Origin: Eledone cirrhosa
Taxonomy: Eukaryota
Length of the DNA stretch: 64,000 nt
Direction of reading: 5' to 3'
Assembly (NCBI GenBank): GCA_964016885.1
Contig: OZ024750.1
Span: 39,308,001 to 39,372,000 of the forward strand
Below the pieces are notes generated by a model that had not been told where the DNA came from, did no database searches, and saw only the letters and a program-made list of their open reading frames with translations. A program made the translations under genes and the position numbers. Of this stretch, positions 63,747 to 64,000 are shown one piece after another (within the stretch, counting starts at the first letter, position 1; every line of letters begins with the position of its first letter).

Positions 63747-64000
63747 ATGTTAGTCGAGGGGAGTATAATAAGTAAGGCAATCAAGGATATGAAGACGGGT
63801 AAGGCGGCTGGGCCTTCGGAAATAGTTGCTGAGATGCTGAAGGCATCTGGCACGGTGGGACACACCATGGTCACCCGCATAGTTAACCAAGTCGTACAGA
63901 ATGGGGTTGTTCCGAAGGACTGGCATAGCAGCATCATCGTTAACTGTTATAAGGGTAAAGGAGACGCCCTAGATAGGAGTAACTATAGAGGCATTAAATT
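63747..64000 (+). mobile_element. RTE-clade LINE reverse transcriptase region, 5'-truncated, running off the window
   Basis: Open frame KAIKDMKTGKAAGPSEIVAEMLKASG...VPKDWHSSIIVNCYKGKGDALDRSNYRGIK, the segment at the start of non-LTR RT domains. Confidence 0.88.

Overview
AT-rich, repeat-dense animal genomic DNA, most likely an octopod cephalopod (inferred from the SINE and MITE families; not verified). Two housekeeping genes lie head to head. Exon 1 of ribophorin I (RPN1) is on the - strand at 6413-6676. Importin-9 (IPO9) is on the + strand from 12111, with 19 coding exons traced to 61775; one expected ~73-nt exon is missing, probably in the N-gap at 56346-56545, and the gene runs off the window. 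Between the genes are an intact tRNA-Gly(TCC) and an inverted, decayed copy whose anticodon reads TCA. IPO9 has a clear U12-type GT-AG intron (24960-27846). The introns hold two tRNA-derived SINE families, a TTAA-flanked piggyBac-like MITE whose 60-bp module expands into satellites, a Helitron-like element (a second lies between the genes), RTE LINE and Tc1/mariner remnants, and many locally born minisatellites. The two most unusual signals are (1) a ~2-kb array made by tandem amplification of the last 11 codons plus splice donor of an IPO9 exon, giving ~50 CAG|GTA sites of which the first 21 are in frame and stop-free, and (2) a family of fold-back elements whose arms carry minimal type-I hammerhead ribozyme motifs. 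All calls are from manual reading; no searches were run.
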